Source: Demequinaceae bacterium (lineage in GTDB: Bacteria; Actinomycetota; Actinomycetes; Actinomycetales; Demequinaceae). From it: a stretch of DNA of 32,000 nucleotides. The notes beneath the pieces are model-generated. The model was not told the DNA's origin. It did no database searches and saw only the letters and a list, made by a program, of their open reading frames with translations. The first letter of the stretch is position 1; each line of letters opens with the position of its first letter. Shown one piece after another: positions 18,594-29,243 of this stretch. Made by a program: the position numbers and the translations under genes. Location: positions 1,110,001-1,142,000 of the forward strand of contig OZ252279.1 of assembly GCA_965250005.1 (NCBI GenBank). Reading direction: 5' to 3'.

Positions 18594-19763
18594 ATGGACC
18601 TGGCGCAGGCGCGGCTCGTGACGAGCCCCCACGGGCTTGCACTCCTCAATTCGCTCCCACCGTACGACGAATCGGAAGTCCTGCGACTGGGCCAGGGATT
18701 GCGCGATTCAGGCGAGTCCCCGGCCCTAGTCGCGTCAGTCATGTCGCAATCGCTGTTGCGGAAGAAGGCTCAAGAAAAGTTCGGCGAGTTCGCTGACGGC
18801 ATGCTGTTTACAACCGCAGGGCTTGAGCAGGCCACGCGACTGACCGTCGCAGCGCGCCACGCGGCGCGCTTTCGCGATGCTGGCGTACACGCGGTCGCGG
18901 ACATTACTTGCGGGATTGGCGCCGATGCCATGGCGATGTCCGCGATCGGCGTTGCGGTGATGGCCTTCGAGCAGGACGAACCGACCGCCCTTTTGGCCGA
19001 CCACAACTTGCGGCACTGGGAGTCAACGGTCGTGGTGCATGCAGATTCAATGGCGACGGTCCGTGGCGCGCGCGTCGATGGAGTTTTTGCCGACCCAGCC
19101 CGCCGTACCGCGGCTGGCCGACGGCACCGCCCGAGCGACTATTCCCCGCCACTCGGGGCCGTGCTAGAGCTGCGCGACCAGTACCCGGCCCTCGGCGTCA
19201 AGGTGGGACCCGGGGTGCCGCACGACGCACTCCCGCCGGACGCCGAGGCACAGTGGGTCTCCGTTGCAGGAGACGTCGTTGAGGTGACGCTCTGGTGCGG
19301 CCAGCTGGCCAAGGAGCACGGGCGCGGCGCCCTGGTGATCGACAGTGATGGCGCTCACGCCATTCATGATTCAGGTGTGACCGTTTCCGCAGGCCCGCTG
19401 CGCGACTACGTGCTCGAGCCCGACGGCGCAGTGATTCGGGCCGGACTCGTCGCCGATGCGGCCAATGCAATCGGCGGTAACCTCTTGGACTCCTCCATTG
19501 CCTACATCACATCGGACACGCGGCCGGTCACGCCCTTTGGTCGCGCCTTCCGAGTCCTCGACCACATGCCGTACGGGGTCAAGCGGCTCAACGCCTATCT
19601 GCGCGAGCGAAACGTGGGATCCCTCACCATCAAGAAGCGGGGGACAGCCGTCACGCCCGAGCGTCTACGCGGCGAGTTGAGCCTCAAAGGAGATGGGGGG
19701 GCTACTGTCATTCTCACCCGTCTGGCGGGAAAGAAGGTCGTCCTGGTAGTCGAACCGATCTAG
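18594..19763 (+). CDS. class I SAM-dependent methyltransferase with THUMP-like domain
   Basis: MDLAQARLVTSPHGLALLNSL...VADITCGIGADAMAMSAIGVAVMAFEQD...VDGVFADPARR...YLRERNVGSLTIKKRG. The track start at 18525 is upstream; ATG at 18594 fits better. Confidence 0.85.
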   Translation: MDLAQARLVTSPHGLALLNSLPPYDESEVLRLGQGLRDSGESPALVASVMSQSLLRKKAQEKFGEFADGMLFTTAGLEQATRLTVAARHAARFRDAGVHAVADITCGIGADAMAMSAIGVAVMAFEQDEPTALLADHNLRHWESTVVVHADSMATVRGARVDGVFADPARRTAAGRRHRPSDYSPPLGAVLELRDQYPALGVKVGPGVPHDALPPDAEAQWVSVAGDVVEVTLWCGQLAKEHGRGALVIDSDGAHAIHDSGVTVSAGPLRDYVLEPDGAVIRAGLVADAANAIGGNLLDSSIAYITSDTRPVTPFGRAFRVLDHMPYGVKRLNAYLRERNVGSLTIKKRGTAVTPERLRGELSLKGDGGATVILTRLAGKKVVLVVEPI

Positions 19764-21487
19764 CGAGGCGACGGACACGCGTCATATGGCATGTGGGATA
19801 TCGGAACTGGCCATTGGCCTGCAGCCGTCGACTGTCCTACAAGGACATCTGCGAGGCCCGCGAGCGACGAGTCTCCGCGACCATAGAGACCCACATAGGC
19901 TGTCGCATTCGAATCCGACAAGCCCCACGGGCCATCCATCGCTACGACAATGTCCGCCGTCGCGTTCCCATCCGGGCTACCCAGAATGCGAATGGTGGTC
20001 CCCCCCGAGCCCTGGGTGACTCCGTAAGCCGCAAGCGCGTCGGCAAGCGCGTTTCGCTCCGAGGACCACCCGCCCGAGATGCTGACCTTGCTTCCGACCA
20101 GACTTCGGCCGCACAATGGTGCCACGACCGTGGTAGCGGCGTGCGCGAGCGTCCGCACGTAGTCGCCCTCGGTCTCTACTGCTGGATCAATTCCGGCCTG
20201 CCAACGCATCAGTGCGATTGAGCGAGCCGCAGCCTCGTTTAGTCGTTCCCGCGAGAGTGCTCCGCTACCCACCGCATCGACGATGCCACGGTGAGCGGCG
20301 CCTGTGTCCGCCGGCATGAGCAGAAGGTCTGCGCCTGCATTCAGCGCGTTGACTGCAGCTTGCGCGGGGCCGTTCGTGCCGACAACCGCCTGCATGTTCA
20401 GTGCGTCTGTAATCACGACGCCCTCGAAACCCATCTCATCGCGAAGCTGACTGTACGCCGCCGGAGTCAAGGTAGACGGGCCTGTGCCCCACGCCGTGAC
20501 GCGAACGTGAGACATCATGATTACCGGTGCGCCTGAATCAATTGCCATCTGGAATGGGATGAAGTCGCGATCGGTGAGTTGGGCGACAGTCGCTTGCTGG
20601 ACTGGCAGTGCCACGTGCGAGTCCGTCGTGACGCTCCCGTGGCCAGGGAAGTGCTTGATCGACGGCACGAGGCCAGCATCGAGGAACCCGTCCATGGCGG
20701 CCACTACCGTCTTGGCGACGTTTTCGGGGTCTCCGCCTGCAGACCTGGTGCGAATAACCGGGTCGGCGAGCCCAATGGTGACGTCGGCAACCGGGGCGTA
20801 GTTGACGTTGAAACCAAGAGCGGCGATGTCCCGGCCGAACCCAGCGTAAACCGTTTGAACCGTGGGCTTGTAGCGAACGGCTCCAGCACTGAGGAATGAT
20901 GGCATGTCTGGCACGAGCGGGCCGAGCCTCGCGACCGTCCCGCCCTCTTGGTCGACGCTCACGATGACGGGCCACTCGCGCGCCCCAGCCTGGCCCGCGC
21001 TCTGGGCCGCAGCGGTTAGATCCATGGTCTGGCTCTGCGTACCAATGTTGCCGCCCATGAAGATGACGCCGCCAAGGTTGTACTGCCCGATGAGCGCAGC
21101 CAAGTCCGCAGAATTCTTACCGCTGAAACTCGCAACGATCACCTGGCCCGCGGCCTGATCGACCGTCATCGCCGCGGCTGCATCCTGGGCGAATTGCCAG
21201 TCGGCGAGGCTCGGCCCCCACGACAGGAAGATCTCATCGGGACCAAGCTGTACCTCGGGGCTGTGGCTTGGCTCCGGAGATGGGCTCGGCTCAGCCGCCA
21301 CATCCGCCACGGGCGTCCCATCGAGCGCCACCTTGTCTAGGCCGTACGTCGCTCCACCCGCGAGAACGAGCACCGCAGCGAACGCCACGAAGGCTCGTCC
21401 CAGCGAACCCGAGGCGAGACTCGCCGAATGGTTGCCGACGCGGCCCTTTGCGAATTGTGGGACGAAGCGCTCGTCTTCAGCCATCAC
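19760..21487 (-). CDS. glycoside hydrolase family 3 (NagZ-like beta-N-acetylhexosaminidase), membrane-anchored or exported
   Basis: 575 aa. N-terminal hydrophobic segment and [11 protein letters not shown] linker, [38 protein letters not shown]. Confidence 0.92.
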   Translation of the reverse strand: MMAEDERFVPQFAKGRVGNHSASLASGSLGRAFVAFAAVLVLAGGATYGLDKVALDGTPVADVAAEPSPSPEPSHSPEVQLGPDEIFLSWGPSLADWQFAQDAAAAMTVDQAAGQVIVASFSGKNSADLAALIGQYNLGGVIFMGGNIGTQSQTMDLTAAAQSAGQAGAREWPVIVSVDQEGGTVARLGPLVPDMPSFLSAGAVRYKPTVQTVYAGFGRDIAALGFNVNYAPVADVTIGLADPVIRTRSAGGDPENVAKTVVAAMDGFLDAGLVPSIKHFPGHGSVTTDSHVALPVQQATVAQLTDRDFIPFQMAIDSGAPVIMMSHVRVTAWGTGPSTLTPAAYSQLRDEMGFEGVVITDALNMQAVVGTNGPAQAAVNALNAGADLLLMPADTGAAHRGIVDAVGSGALSRERLNEAAARSIALMRWQAGIDPAVETEGDYVRTLAHAATTVVAPLCGRSLVGSKVSISGGWSSERNALADALAAYGVTQGSGGTTIRILGSPDGNATADIVVAMDGPWGLSDSNATAYVGLYGRGDSSLAGLADVLVGQSTAAGQWPVPISHMPYDACPSPR

Positions 21488-22524
21488 GCGACCACCTTAT
21501 CCAGTGTCATGGCGGAGGTCACGCCAACGCCCATGTCCGAGGGGTCAGCCCCTGACCGAATGGCGGCGCTGCCTAGCGCGGCGATCATCGCCCCGTTGTC
21601 GGTGCAGAGACTGATGGGCGGGATCCTCACCAGGATTCCCGCGTCGGCGCAACGCGCTTCAGCCGCTTCTCGAAGTTGGGAATTGGCGCTGAATCCACCG
21701 CCAATCACCAACGTGTCGACATCATTCTCTCGACAGGCGTTGATGGTCTTGTCAACGAGTACGTCGGCCACCGCGTCGGCGAAGCTCGCCGCCACATCTG
21801 CCGCGGGAACCGGCTTGCCCTCGTCTTCGCACTGCTCAACCCAACGCGCGACGGCGGTCTTTAATCCAGAGAACGAGAAGTCGTAGGCATGGTTGGCCAT
21901 GTCCTTGGGCTTGGTCAATCCGCGCGGGAACGCGATAGCCGCTGGATCGCCACCTCGCGCGAGTTTGTCCACATGAGGGCCGCCAGGATATGGCAGGCCG
22001 AGCAGTCGTCCAACCTTGTCGAAGGCTTCGCCGGCGGCGTCGTCCAACGTGTGGCCGAGCTCGCGGATCGATATCGCGATGTCGTCCACGAGCAACAGCG
22101 AGGAATGCCCGCCAGACACCACCAAGGCCATGAAGCGTTCTGGGAACGGACCGTGCACAAGTTCGTCTACTGCCGCGTGCGCGATCACGTGATTTACGGC
22201 GTAGAGCGGCTTGTCGAGCGCAAGCGAAAGCGCCTTCGCTGCAGCGATGCCGACGGTCAGGCAGCCCACCAGTCCAGGGCCGCTCGCGACGGCGATGGCG
22301 TCGACATCCTCAAGACCCAGGCCGCCACCAGCCAGCGCGGCCTTGACTGTGGGGACCATCGATTCCAGGTGCGCGCGCGACGCCACCTCGGGGACGATTC
22401 CCCCAAACCTGGAGTGCTCATCCATGGAGCTGGCTACAGCGTCGAAAATGAGGTCGCGGCCGCGCACGAGCGCAACGCCCGTTTCGTCGCACGTGCTTTC
22501 CAGTCCCATTACCAGAGGTTCCAC
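21484..22524 (-). CDS. tsaD: tRNA N6-adenosine threonylcarbamoyltransferase TsaD
   Basis: 346 aa. [47 protein letters not shown]. 4-nt overlap with the GH3 gene. Confidence 0.98.
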   Translation of the reverse strand: MEPLVMGLESTCDETGVALVRGRDLIFDAVASSMDEHSRFGGIVPEVASRAHLESMVPTVKAALAGGGLGLEDVDAIAVASGPGLVGCLTVGIAAAKALSLALDKPLYAVNHVIAHAAVDELVHGPFPERFMALVVSGGHSSLLLVDDIAISIRELGHTLDDAAGEAFDKVGRLLGLPYPGGPHVDKLARGGDPAAIAFPRGLTKPKDMANHAYDFSFSGLKTAVARWVEQCEDEGKPVPAADVAASFADAVADVLVDKTINACRENDVDTLVIGGGFSANSQLREAAEARCADAGILVRIPPISLCTDNGAMIAALGSAAIRSGADPSDMGVGVTSAMTLDKVVA

Positions 22525-22595
22525 GCGTCCACTCTAGGCCGACCGCCCCGTCGGATGAAATGCGAGCGGGCTGAGACAAGGAATAACGCAAGCCG

Positions 22596-23243
22596 TTGGT
22601 GCGTATTATCACTGTGACTATGACATCAAATCCGCCGCTGACATCCTTCGGATCTTTGGACGACCAGGCGAGGCGCCTGCTCTTCGAGGACGCGCGCTCA
22701 GCCACCAAGTTCGCCAACGAGCCCGTGCCTATCGACGTGATCCGGGACGTCTACGACGTCGTAAAATTCGGGCCGACGGGGAACAACTCCGGCCCGATGC
22801 GCCTGGCTGTGGCACACTCGCCGGAGGCTCGGGCCACTGTCATCGCCCACGCTGCCGAGGGCAACAGGGCCAAGCTTGAGAAGGCGCCGCTGTTGCTGGT
22901 GGTCGCCCGCGACGATCGCTTCCACGATCACTTCGACGTGACGGCGCCATCCGCAATTGGCTCTCAGGCCAAACTCGAGGCCATGCCCGAGGCACGCTCG
23001 ATCAAGGCACACGACGGTACGTGGCTTCAGGCCGGGTACCTGATCGTCGGGCTCCGCGGCGTCGGCCTCGCGCTGCGCCCATACGGTGGCTTCGACAAAG
23101 CTGCGCTGAGCGCGTCACTGCTGAGAGACACAAGTTGGTCTGCCGAGATTCTCCTTGGAGTGGGATACCCGGCTTTGGGTGACCACGGAGCTGGGCCGCG
23201 TCGCGGACGCCTCGAGTGGGACCAGGCCGCGCGGGTCTTCTAA
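22596..23243 (+). CDS. nitroreductase family protein, RutE-like (malonic semialdehyde reductase-type)
   Basis: LLFEDARSATKFANEPVPIDVIRDVYDVVKFGPTGNNSGPMRLAV...LQAGYLIVGLRGVGLALRPYGGFD. True start probably GTG 22614 or ATG 22620. Confidence 0.82.
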   Translation: MVRIITVTMTSNPPLTSFGSLDDQARRLLFEDARSATKFANEPVPIDVIRDVYDVVKFGPTGNNSGPMRLAVAHSPEARATVIAHAAEGNRAKLEKAPLLLVVARDDRFHDHFDVTAPSAIGSQAKLEAMPEARSIKAHDGTWLQAGYLIVGLRGVGLALRPYGGFDKAALSASLLRDTSWSAEILLGVGYPALGDHGAGPRRGRLEWDQAARVF

Positions 23244-23253
23244 CCGCCGTGCG

Positions 23254-23745
23254 TCACAGCGAGACCCGCATCACCAGAGCGTCGACGTCGCCTGGCTGGT
23301 AATAGCGAGGTCGAACCCTCACGTCCTCAAAACCAAACTTGCGGTACAACGCGATGGCCGCAGCATTCGTGGCCGCTACCTCCAGCCACCCCTCCGCCAC
23401 GCCCACATTCCGAGCGTCGTGCAGAAAATCCTCGACGAGCGCGCGCGCGGCTCCCCGCCTCCGGTCCCCGGCAATCACCGCAAGATTCAGCAGACTAAAC
23501 GCGTCGCCGTCGAACCCAAAGACGGCATACCCGACAAGCCGGCCGGAGTCGCGAATGCCGCGGTAGCGCCTTCCGCCGTTCGCGAAATCGGCCACAATGA
23601 GGTCTTCGGACCACGCGGCGGTGCCGAAGATATCCTTCTCGCGAGCGGCGACCCACGGCAAGTCCTCTGGGCCGAGGTCGCTAATCTGGAATCGAGGCGG
23701 TGTGCCCGGTCGGTCCTCATGCTCACTGCGCAGACTAGCATTCAT
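23254..23745 (-). CDS. rimI: ribosomal protein S18 alanine N-acetyltransferase (RimI-like GNAT)
   Basis: 163 aa GNAT with VIAGDRRRGAARALVEDFL and EVAATNAAAIALYRKFGFEDVRVRPRYY. Adjacent to tsaB. Confidence 0.92.
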   Translation of the reverse strand: MNASLRSEHEDRPGTPPRFQISDLGPEDLPWVAAREKDIFGTAAWSEDLIVADFANGGRRYRGIRDSGRLVGYAVFGFDGDAFSLLNLAVIAGDRRRGAARALVEDFLHDARNVGVAEGWLEVAATNAAAIALYRKFGFEDVRVRPRYYQPGDVDALVMRVSL

Positions 23746-24350
23746 GCGCGGTGCACGTCCGGGCGTCGAAGATACATTGGCTCAGTCGGGAAGTGAGTTT
23801 GACCGGCAGCGACTGAGCGATCGATCACGCGTGCGAGCCACGCTGGGTCCGGGTCCTCCAGGCCGACTGCTGGGCCGTCAAAGATCTCGGGATAGAGACC
23901 CGCGCCGCGGCCGGCAGTGAATCCAGATTTCGGCACCTCGCCGGGAGGCGCGACGTGCGGTCCGCCTGTGCGCTGGCCCCCCTCGTACGTGGCCCAATAG
24001 ACCTCTTTGCGACGGGCGTCGGCAACGACAACGACATCGCCGCCGTAAGCAGCGCCGATCGCGTCGAGCGAGCATTGGCCGTGCACGGGGACGGCCCAGG
24101 CGAAGGCCAGTGTGCGTGCGGTGACCAGCCCGACGCGAAGTCCGGTAAACGGAGCGGGCCCGGTGCCGACCACGACCCGTTCAACCTCGCCGCCCGTCAC
24201 CCCCGCCGCGTTCAGCTGCGTACGGACCATTTGGGCGAGCAACTCAGCGTGACTGCGCGGAGCGTAGACGGCGTCCTGCGCTAGCACGCGGTCGCCGTTC
24301 ACCACCGCGACCGCAATCGCGGAGGACGTGTCGATGGCAAGGGTGAGCAT
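23742..24350 (-). CDS. tsaB: tRNA threonylcarbamoyladenosine biosynthesis protein TsaB
   Basis: MLTLAIDTSSAIAVAVV, VVGTGPAPFTGLRVGLVTARTLAFAW. Confidence 0.95.
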   Translation of the reverse strand: MLTLAIDTSSAIAVAVVNGDRVLAQDAVYAPRSHAELLAQMVRTQLNAAGVTGGEVERVVVGTGPAPFTGLRVGLVTARTLAFAWAVPVHGQCSLDAIGAAYGGDVVVVADARRKEVYWATYEGGQRTGGPHVAPPGEVPKSGFTAGRGAGLYPEIFDGPAVGLEDPDPAWLARVIDRSVAAGQTHFPTEPMYLRRPDVHRA

Positions 24351-24359
24351 GAGTCAAAG

Positions 24360-24872
24360 TTAGGCGAGCGCGGCCGTGAGTTTGGCAAGGTCAACGGCCG
24401 CCCATCGTTCGCCGTGCGACTCTAGTCGTGCGGTCCGCACCCCGGCCTCAGGGTCACCGGACACATCACCGCCGCGCGGGCGCGCCAACGTCACATGGAG
24501 CCAACTGTCCGCGAGCGCCTCGGCCAGTCCATCGCCCCACTCGACCACCGTGACCGCCGCCTCAAGCGACTCGTCGAGGTCCAGTTGATCCAGCTCGGCA
24601 AGAGACGTGAGCCGGTACGCGTCGACATGAATGAGTGGGAGCTCACGCGCGCCCGCTCCGTGGGCACGGGCGATGATGAACGTTGGACTGACCACGTCGC
24701 CGACCACGCCCAGAACAGCGCCGATCCCCTGCGTTAGCGTCGTTTTGCCCGCGCCAAGGCCACCGGTCAAGATGACTAGATCGCCGGCGCTCACCACATC
24801 CCCGATGGCGGCGCCAAGCGCGCGAGTATGCGCTGCATCCGCGAGCTTAAGCGTGTGGATGGCGGCAGTCAC
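24360..24872 (-). CDS. tsaE: tRNA threonylcarbamoyladenosine biosynthesis ATPase TsaE
   Basis: LTGGLGAGKTTLTQGIG, SPTFIIARAH, HVDAYRL, VVEWGDG. Confidence 0.96.
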   Translation of the reverse strand: MTAAIHTLKLADAAHTRALGAAIGDVVSAGDLVILTGGLGAGKTTLTQGIGAVLGVVGDVVSPTFIIARAHGAGARELPLIHVDAYRLTSLAELDQLDLDESLEAAVTVVEWGDGLAEALADSWLHVTLARPRGGDVSGDPEAGVRTARLESHGERWAAVDLAKLTAALA

Positions 24873-25975
24873 AAGTCCGACTTGGGGCGGAGTGCGCCGA
24901 ACCGCGTGACCACGTCATAGTGGATGGTGTCAGCCGCGTCCGCCCAGTCCTGCGCGGTGGGGCCATCGGCCCCGATGAGCGCGACGGTGTCGCCAGCAAG
25001 GGCCGTGTTTGCGGGCCCCAGATCCACCACAAACTGGTCCATACAAACGCGCCCGACGATTGGCACCAAATCGCCGCCCACACGCACCTTGGCGCGATTC
25101 CCCGCCGCTCGAAACACGCCGTCTGCGTATCCGGCCGGCACGAGCCCAAGGACCGTGTCGCGGCTCGTCACGAATTCGTGTCCGTAGCTCACTCCCTCGC
25201 CGGCGCGCACGGCCTTGACAAGCGACAGCGTGCTCGTCACGGTCATGGCGGGCCGAAGGCCGAAATTCTTGCCGTCAGGGTCGGCAACGGGCGCGAGCCC
25301 GTAGCAGGCGAGCCCCGGCCGGACCAGGTCGTAGTGCAGATCCGCGCGCGTAAGCGTGCAGGCCGAGTTGGCTAGATGCCGAAACTGCAAATCGAGCCGA
25401 CGTTCGCTCGCCATCTTCAGGGCGGTCTCGAACACTTGATGCTGACGTTCGATGGTCGCGTGCCCCGGTGAGTCCGCCCACGCTAGGTGCGACCACATTC
25501 CGACGGCCTCGACCAGTCCGTCAGCTTGCGCGCGATCGACCGCGTCAAGAAGCGCCGGCAGCTCGTCGAGCGTCGCCCCCTCGCGGCTCAACCCGGTATC
25601 GACGATCACGTGGACGCGCGCCGCTCGGCCGGCCGTCTTCGCGCCAGCAAGAATGGCGTCCAGGACCACCAGCGAACCAACGGAGACATCCACATTTGCC
25701 TCAATCAGCGCCGCGGCAGGGACTTCGGGACCATAGAGCCACGTGAGGATGCGACCGACGTCATCCGTTGCGCGCAGCGCGAGAGCCTCTCCGGGTTGTG
25801 CCACCCCGAGCCACTGGGCGCCCCCCGTGCGGGCCGCCCGCGAGGACTCAATCAGGCCGTGACCGTACCCGTCGGCCTTGACAACCGCCATGACCTGCGC
25901 GCTGGTCACGGCGCCCAATGTGCGAACGTTATCTGCGATCGCACCGTAGTCGACGTTGACGCTTATCGCGCTCAC
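24869..25975 (-). CDS. alr: alanine racemase
   Basis: 368 aa. [20 protein letters not shown]-type fold order, [26 protein letters not shown]. Confidence 0.96.
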   Translation of the reverse strand: MSAISVNVDYGAIADNVRTLGAVTSAQVMAVVKADGYGHGLIESSRAARTGGAQWLGVAQPGEALALRATDDVGRILTWLYGPEVPAAALIEANVDVSVGSLVVLDAILAGAKTAGRAARVHVIVDTGLSREGATLDELPALLDAVDRAQADGLVEAVGMWSHLAWADSPGHATIERQHQVFETALKMASERRLDLQFRHLANSACTLTRADLHYDLVRPGLACYGLAPVADPDGKNFGLRPAMTVTSTLSLVKAVRAGEGVSYGHEFVTSRDTVLGLVPAGYADGVFRAAGNRAKVRVGGDLVPIVGRVCMDQFVVDLGPANTALAGDTVALIGADGPTAQDWADAADTIHYDVVTRFGALRPKSDL

Positions 25976-26328
25976 TCGGCAGCCTCCACAACCACCACTG
26001 CTGAAGCGATCCCGGCGTCGTGCGACATCGACAAGTGGATGTGCGAGATCTGGAGGTGCTCGGCTCTCGCGGCTACCGTGCCCTTGATGGCGAACTCCGG
26101 ATCACCGTCGTCGGCCTTGACTATTTCAGCGTCCTGCCAAGACATGCCCGCCGGGGCGCCCAGGGCCTTGGCGAGCGCTTCCTTTGCCGCCCACCGCGCG
26201 GCAAGGCTCGCGTGGCCGAGGCCGCGCTCGGACGGTGTGAAAACTCTGTCAAGAAAGCCAGGCGAGCGAGCGAGGGCCTCTTCGAATCGCTCGATCGCGA
26301 CTACATCAATACCGAGTCCAACAATCAT
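25972..26328 (-). CDS. acpS: holo-[acyl-carrier-protein] synthase
   Basis: 118 aa. [45 protein letters not shown]. Confidence 0.95.
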   Translation of the reverse strand: MIVGLGIDVVAIERFEEALARSPGFLDRVFTPSERGLGHASLAARWAAKEALAKALGAPAGMSWQDAEIVKADDGDPEFAIKGTVAARAEHLQISHIHLSMSHDAGIASAVVVVEAAE

Positions 26329-26330
26329 GG

Positions 26331-28193
26331 CTACTCCACTGTCACGGACTTCGCGAGGTTGCGTGGCTGGTCCACGTCGTAGCCTTTGGCAGCGGCCATC
26401 TCGGCCGCGAAGATCTGCAAGGGAACTACACTCACGAGCGGCGTCATCAGAATTGGAGCCGCCGGGACGTAGAACACCTCATCCGCGAGTGCGACGGCGG
26501 CGGTGTCACCCTCTTCGGCGATCACGTAGGTGCGAGCCCCGCGCGCCCTAACCTCCTGGATATTGGAAATCACTTTCGCGTGGAGAGAATTAGGGGACTT
26601 GGGGCTGGGCAGGATCACGATCACTGGCAGCCCCGCCTCGACCAGTGCGATCGGACCGTGTTTGAGCTCGCCCGCGGCGAAACCTTCGGCGTGAATGTAC
26701 GCAAGTTCCTTGAGCTTGAGCGCCCACTCTAGAGCAACGGGGTACCCTACGTGACGGCCAAGAAACAGCACGGTATTCCCTCCCGCCAGCTGTCGGACGG
26801 CCTCGCGAACGGGCTCCGCAGTGTCGAGCACTCTCTGAATCTTCGCGGGCATCTGGTCAAGGTCAGCCAACAGCGAGGCAATCTCATCCGGGAACTTGTT
26901 GCCGCGCAACTGGGCGAGGTATATGCCAAGGAGGAATGCTGCCGTGATTTGTGCAAGGAACGCCTTGGTTGACGCAACCGCTATTTCAGGGCCCGCGCGC
27001 GTGTAGAGGACGGCATCTGCCTCGCGGGCGATGGTGCTTCCCTGCGTGTTGACGATCGCGACCACACTGGCGCCCTGCTGCTGCGCGTGCCGGACCGCCA
27101 TAATCGTGTCCATTGTCTCGCCAGATTGTGAAACGGCAACCACGAGCGTCTTAACGTTCACCACCGGGTCACGGTAGCGAAATTCGTGAGCGAGCTCTAC
27201 CTCTACCGGAATCCGGCACCAATGCTCGATTGCGTTTCGCGCGACCAGGCCCGCATAGGCCGCGGTGCCGCAAGCGACGACGATCTTATCGATGCTGTTG
27301 AGCACCGACTCATCAATGATTCCACCGTCGAGTTGCAGCTTGCCAAACTCGTCGATACGGCCCCGCAGGGTATCCGCAACGGCGGACGGTTGGTCGTGGA
27401 TTTCCTTGACCATAAAGCTGTCGAACCCGCCCTTCTCTGCGGCGTTCGCGTCCCAGTCGACGTGGTACTCATCGCGCGCGACTGTGTTGCCGCCCGCGTC
27501 GGTGATAGTTACGGCGCCAGGCGAAATCTCGACCACCTCATCTTGGCCAAGTTCGAGTGCTGTGCGCGTGTGATCGATGAAAGCCACAACATCAGAGCCC
27601 AGAAAGTTCTCGCCGTCGCCCAAGCCGATGACTAAAGGCGAATTGCGGCGCGCTCCCACAACCGTTTGCGGCTCCGCCGCGTCCACCGCGAGCAAGGTAA
27701 ATGAACCATCGAGCAGAGACGTGATGGATCGCATCGCCGCCGCCAGAGATTTGCCGGTGTCCACTTCGCGGGCGAGCAAGTGCCCGGCAACTTCGGTGTC
27801 GGTATCCGATGCGAACTCCACACCCTCCGCCGCGAGCCCTGCTCTCAGCGCGCCATAGTTCTCGATGATTCCGTTGTGTATCACCGCGATACGGCCGCCG
27901 GCAGCCTGATGTGGGTGAGCATTGTTGTCGGTCGGTGGCCCGTGCGTTGCCCACCGAGTGTGACCGATCGCGACCGTGCCCGCCGGAGGTGGCGTCGCCG
28001 CGAGCGCGGACAACAACTCCTGCAACTTGCCAGCCCTCTTGATCACGCTAACTTTGGTTCGATCTGCACTTACGATGGCGATGCCCGCGGAGTCATACCC
28101 GCGATATTCGAGCCGAGCCAATCCGCCCATCACGACTTCTTGAGGACGATGGTTGGCGGCCGCAGGGCCTGCGTACCCAACAATTCCACACAT
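26331..28193 (-). CDS. glmS: glutamine-fructose-6-phosphate aminotransferase (isomerizing)
   Basis: MCGIVGYAG at 28193, GHTRWATHG, two SIS domains, C-terminal [15 protein letters not shown]-like ending. The track start at 28253 is 20 codons too long. Confidence 0.98.
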   Translation of the reverse strand: MCGIVGYAGPAAANHRPQEVVMGGLARLEYRGYDSAGIAIVSADRTKVSVIKRAGKLQELLSALAATPPPAGTVAIGHTRWATHGPPTDNNAHPHQAAGGRIAVIHNGIIENYGALRAGLAAEGVEFASDTDTEVAGHLLAREVDTGKSLAAAMRSITSLLDGSFTLLAVDAAEPQTVVGARRNSPLVIGLGDGENFLGSDVVAFIDHTRTALELGQDEVVEISPGAVTITDAGGNTVARDEYHVDWDANAAEKGGFDSFMVKEIHDQPSAVADTLRGRIDEFGKLQLDGGIIDESVLNSIDKIVVACGTAAYAGLVARNAIEHWCRIPVEVELAHEFRYRDPVVNVKTLVVAVSQSGETMDTIMAVRHAQQQGASVVAIVNTQGSTIAREADAVLYTRAGPEIAVASTKAFLAQITAAFLLGIYLAQLRGNKFPDEIASLLADLDQMPAKIQRVLDTAEPVREAVRQLAGGNTVLFLGRHVGYPVALEWALKLKELAYIHAEGFAAGELKHGPIALVEAGLPVIVILPSPKSPNSLHAKVISNIQEVRARGARTYVIAEEGDTAAVALADEVFYVPAAPILMTPLVSVVPLQIFAAEMAAAKGYDVDQPRNLAKSVTVE

Positions 28194-28271
28194 ACACGAG
28201 ATTCTACTGCCTTGCACCGGCTGGCCGACTCGGGTGCGCTCCGCATGCGACACATAGGGAAGAATGGGCGA

Positions 28272-29243
28272 GTGAGTGAGACGGAGAACGAGACGCCATC
28301 GCCATCGCCATCGCCATCGCCATACGTCACGCTTTCGCGTAGCGCCTGGGCAGCCCTAGCCGGCCGCACCCCGTTGCCACTGACCGAGGCGGACATCTCC
28401 CGTGTACGCGGCCTTGACGATCCGGTCGACCTGACTGAAGTTGACCAGATCTACCGCCCACTGTCGCGGCTACTTGACCTCTACCAACGCGCTGTGGGCA
28501 ACCTCCACGGCGCAACGTCGGAGTTTCTCGGCGAGCACGCCGCGCGGACGCCCTTCGTGATCGGGGTAGCCGGTTCGGTCGCCGTAGGAAAATCAACAAC
28601 TGCCCGGCTGCTGCGCGAGCTCATGGCGCGTTGGCCTGCGAGTCCACGGGTTGAGCTCATCACGACTGACGGGTTCCTCCACCCGAACGACGAGCTCGAG
28701 CGGCGCGGTTTGCTGTCGCGAAAGGGGTTCCCCGAGTCATACGACCGACGCGCACTCCGCCGATTCCTCGCGGAAGTCAAGTCGGGCGTCCCGAAGGTAT
28801 CAGCGCCGGTCTACTCTCACCTCATCTACGACATCGTTCCTGGGAAACTGGTGACCGTCACAAACCCCGACATCCTCATAGTCGAGGGACTAACCGTGCT
28901 ACAGCGCGCTGCGAAGCCCGAACAGGGCCGCAGTGCCATGGCGGTGAGCGACTACTTCGACCTATCGATCTACGTTGACGCCGACACGGCAGACGTCCGC
29001 CGGTGGTACATCGAGCGATTCCTGTCATTGCGCCGGACTGCGTTTTCAGACCCTGGGTCTTACTTCCACAACTACGCCGCACTTACCGACGCTGATGCGG
29101 TGACCCGCGCCGGAGAAATATGGGATGCCATCAACGCTCCCAACTTGATGCAGAACATCGCGCCGACCAAGTCGCGCGCGACGATAATCCTCAAGAAGGG
29201 TGCGGACCACGCCGTGGAGACGGTCCACCTTCGCAAGCTCTAG
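28272..29243 (+). CDS. coaA: pantothenate kinase, type I
   Basis: 323 aa from GTG 28272. [49 protein letters not shown]. Confidence 0.96.
   Translation: MSETENETPSPSPSPSPYVTLSRSAWAALAGRTPLPLTEADISRVRGLDDPVDLTEVDQIYRPLSRLLDLYQRAVGNLHGATSEFLGEHAARTPFVIGVAGSVAVGKSTTARLLRELMARWPASPRVELITTDGFLHPNDELERRGLLSRKGFPESYDRRALRRFLAEVKSGVPKVSAPVYSHLIYDIVPGKLVTVTNPDILIVEGLTVLQRAAKPEQGRSAMAVSDYFDLSIYVDADTADVRRWYIERFLSLRRTAFSDPGSYFHNYAALTDADAVTRAGEIWDAINAPNLMQNIAPTKSRATIILKKGADHAVETVHLRKL
28296..28324 (+). repeat. hexanucleotide tandem repeat (CCATCG)x4 plus partial, in coaA N-terminus
   Basis: CCATCGCCATCGCCATCGCCATCGCCATA, encoding [10 protein letters not shown]. Confidence 0.95.

Noticed and set aside
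25487-26551. 354-aa plus-strand ORF
   Set aside because: Antisense across alr, acpS and glmS, all of which have strong motifs. No domain support.
27780-28271. Track extension of the coaA ORF upstream of 28272
   Set aside because: It runs antisense through glmS codons. GTG 28272 lies just before the PS-rich tract and fits coaA.
28194-28271. Possible glmS ribozyme or riboswitch upstream of glmS
   Set aside because: Only 78 nt between divergent genes and no glmS ribozyme core recognised.
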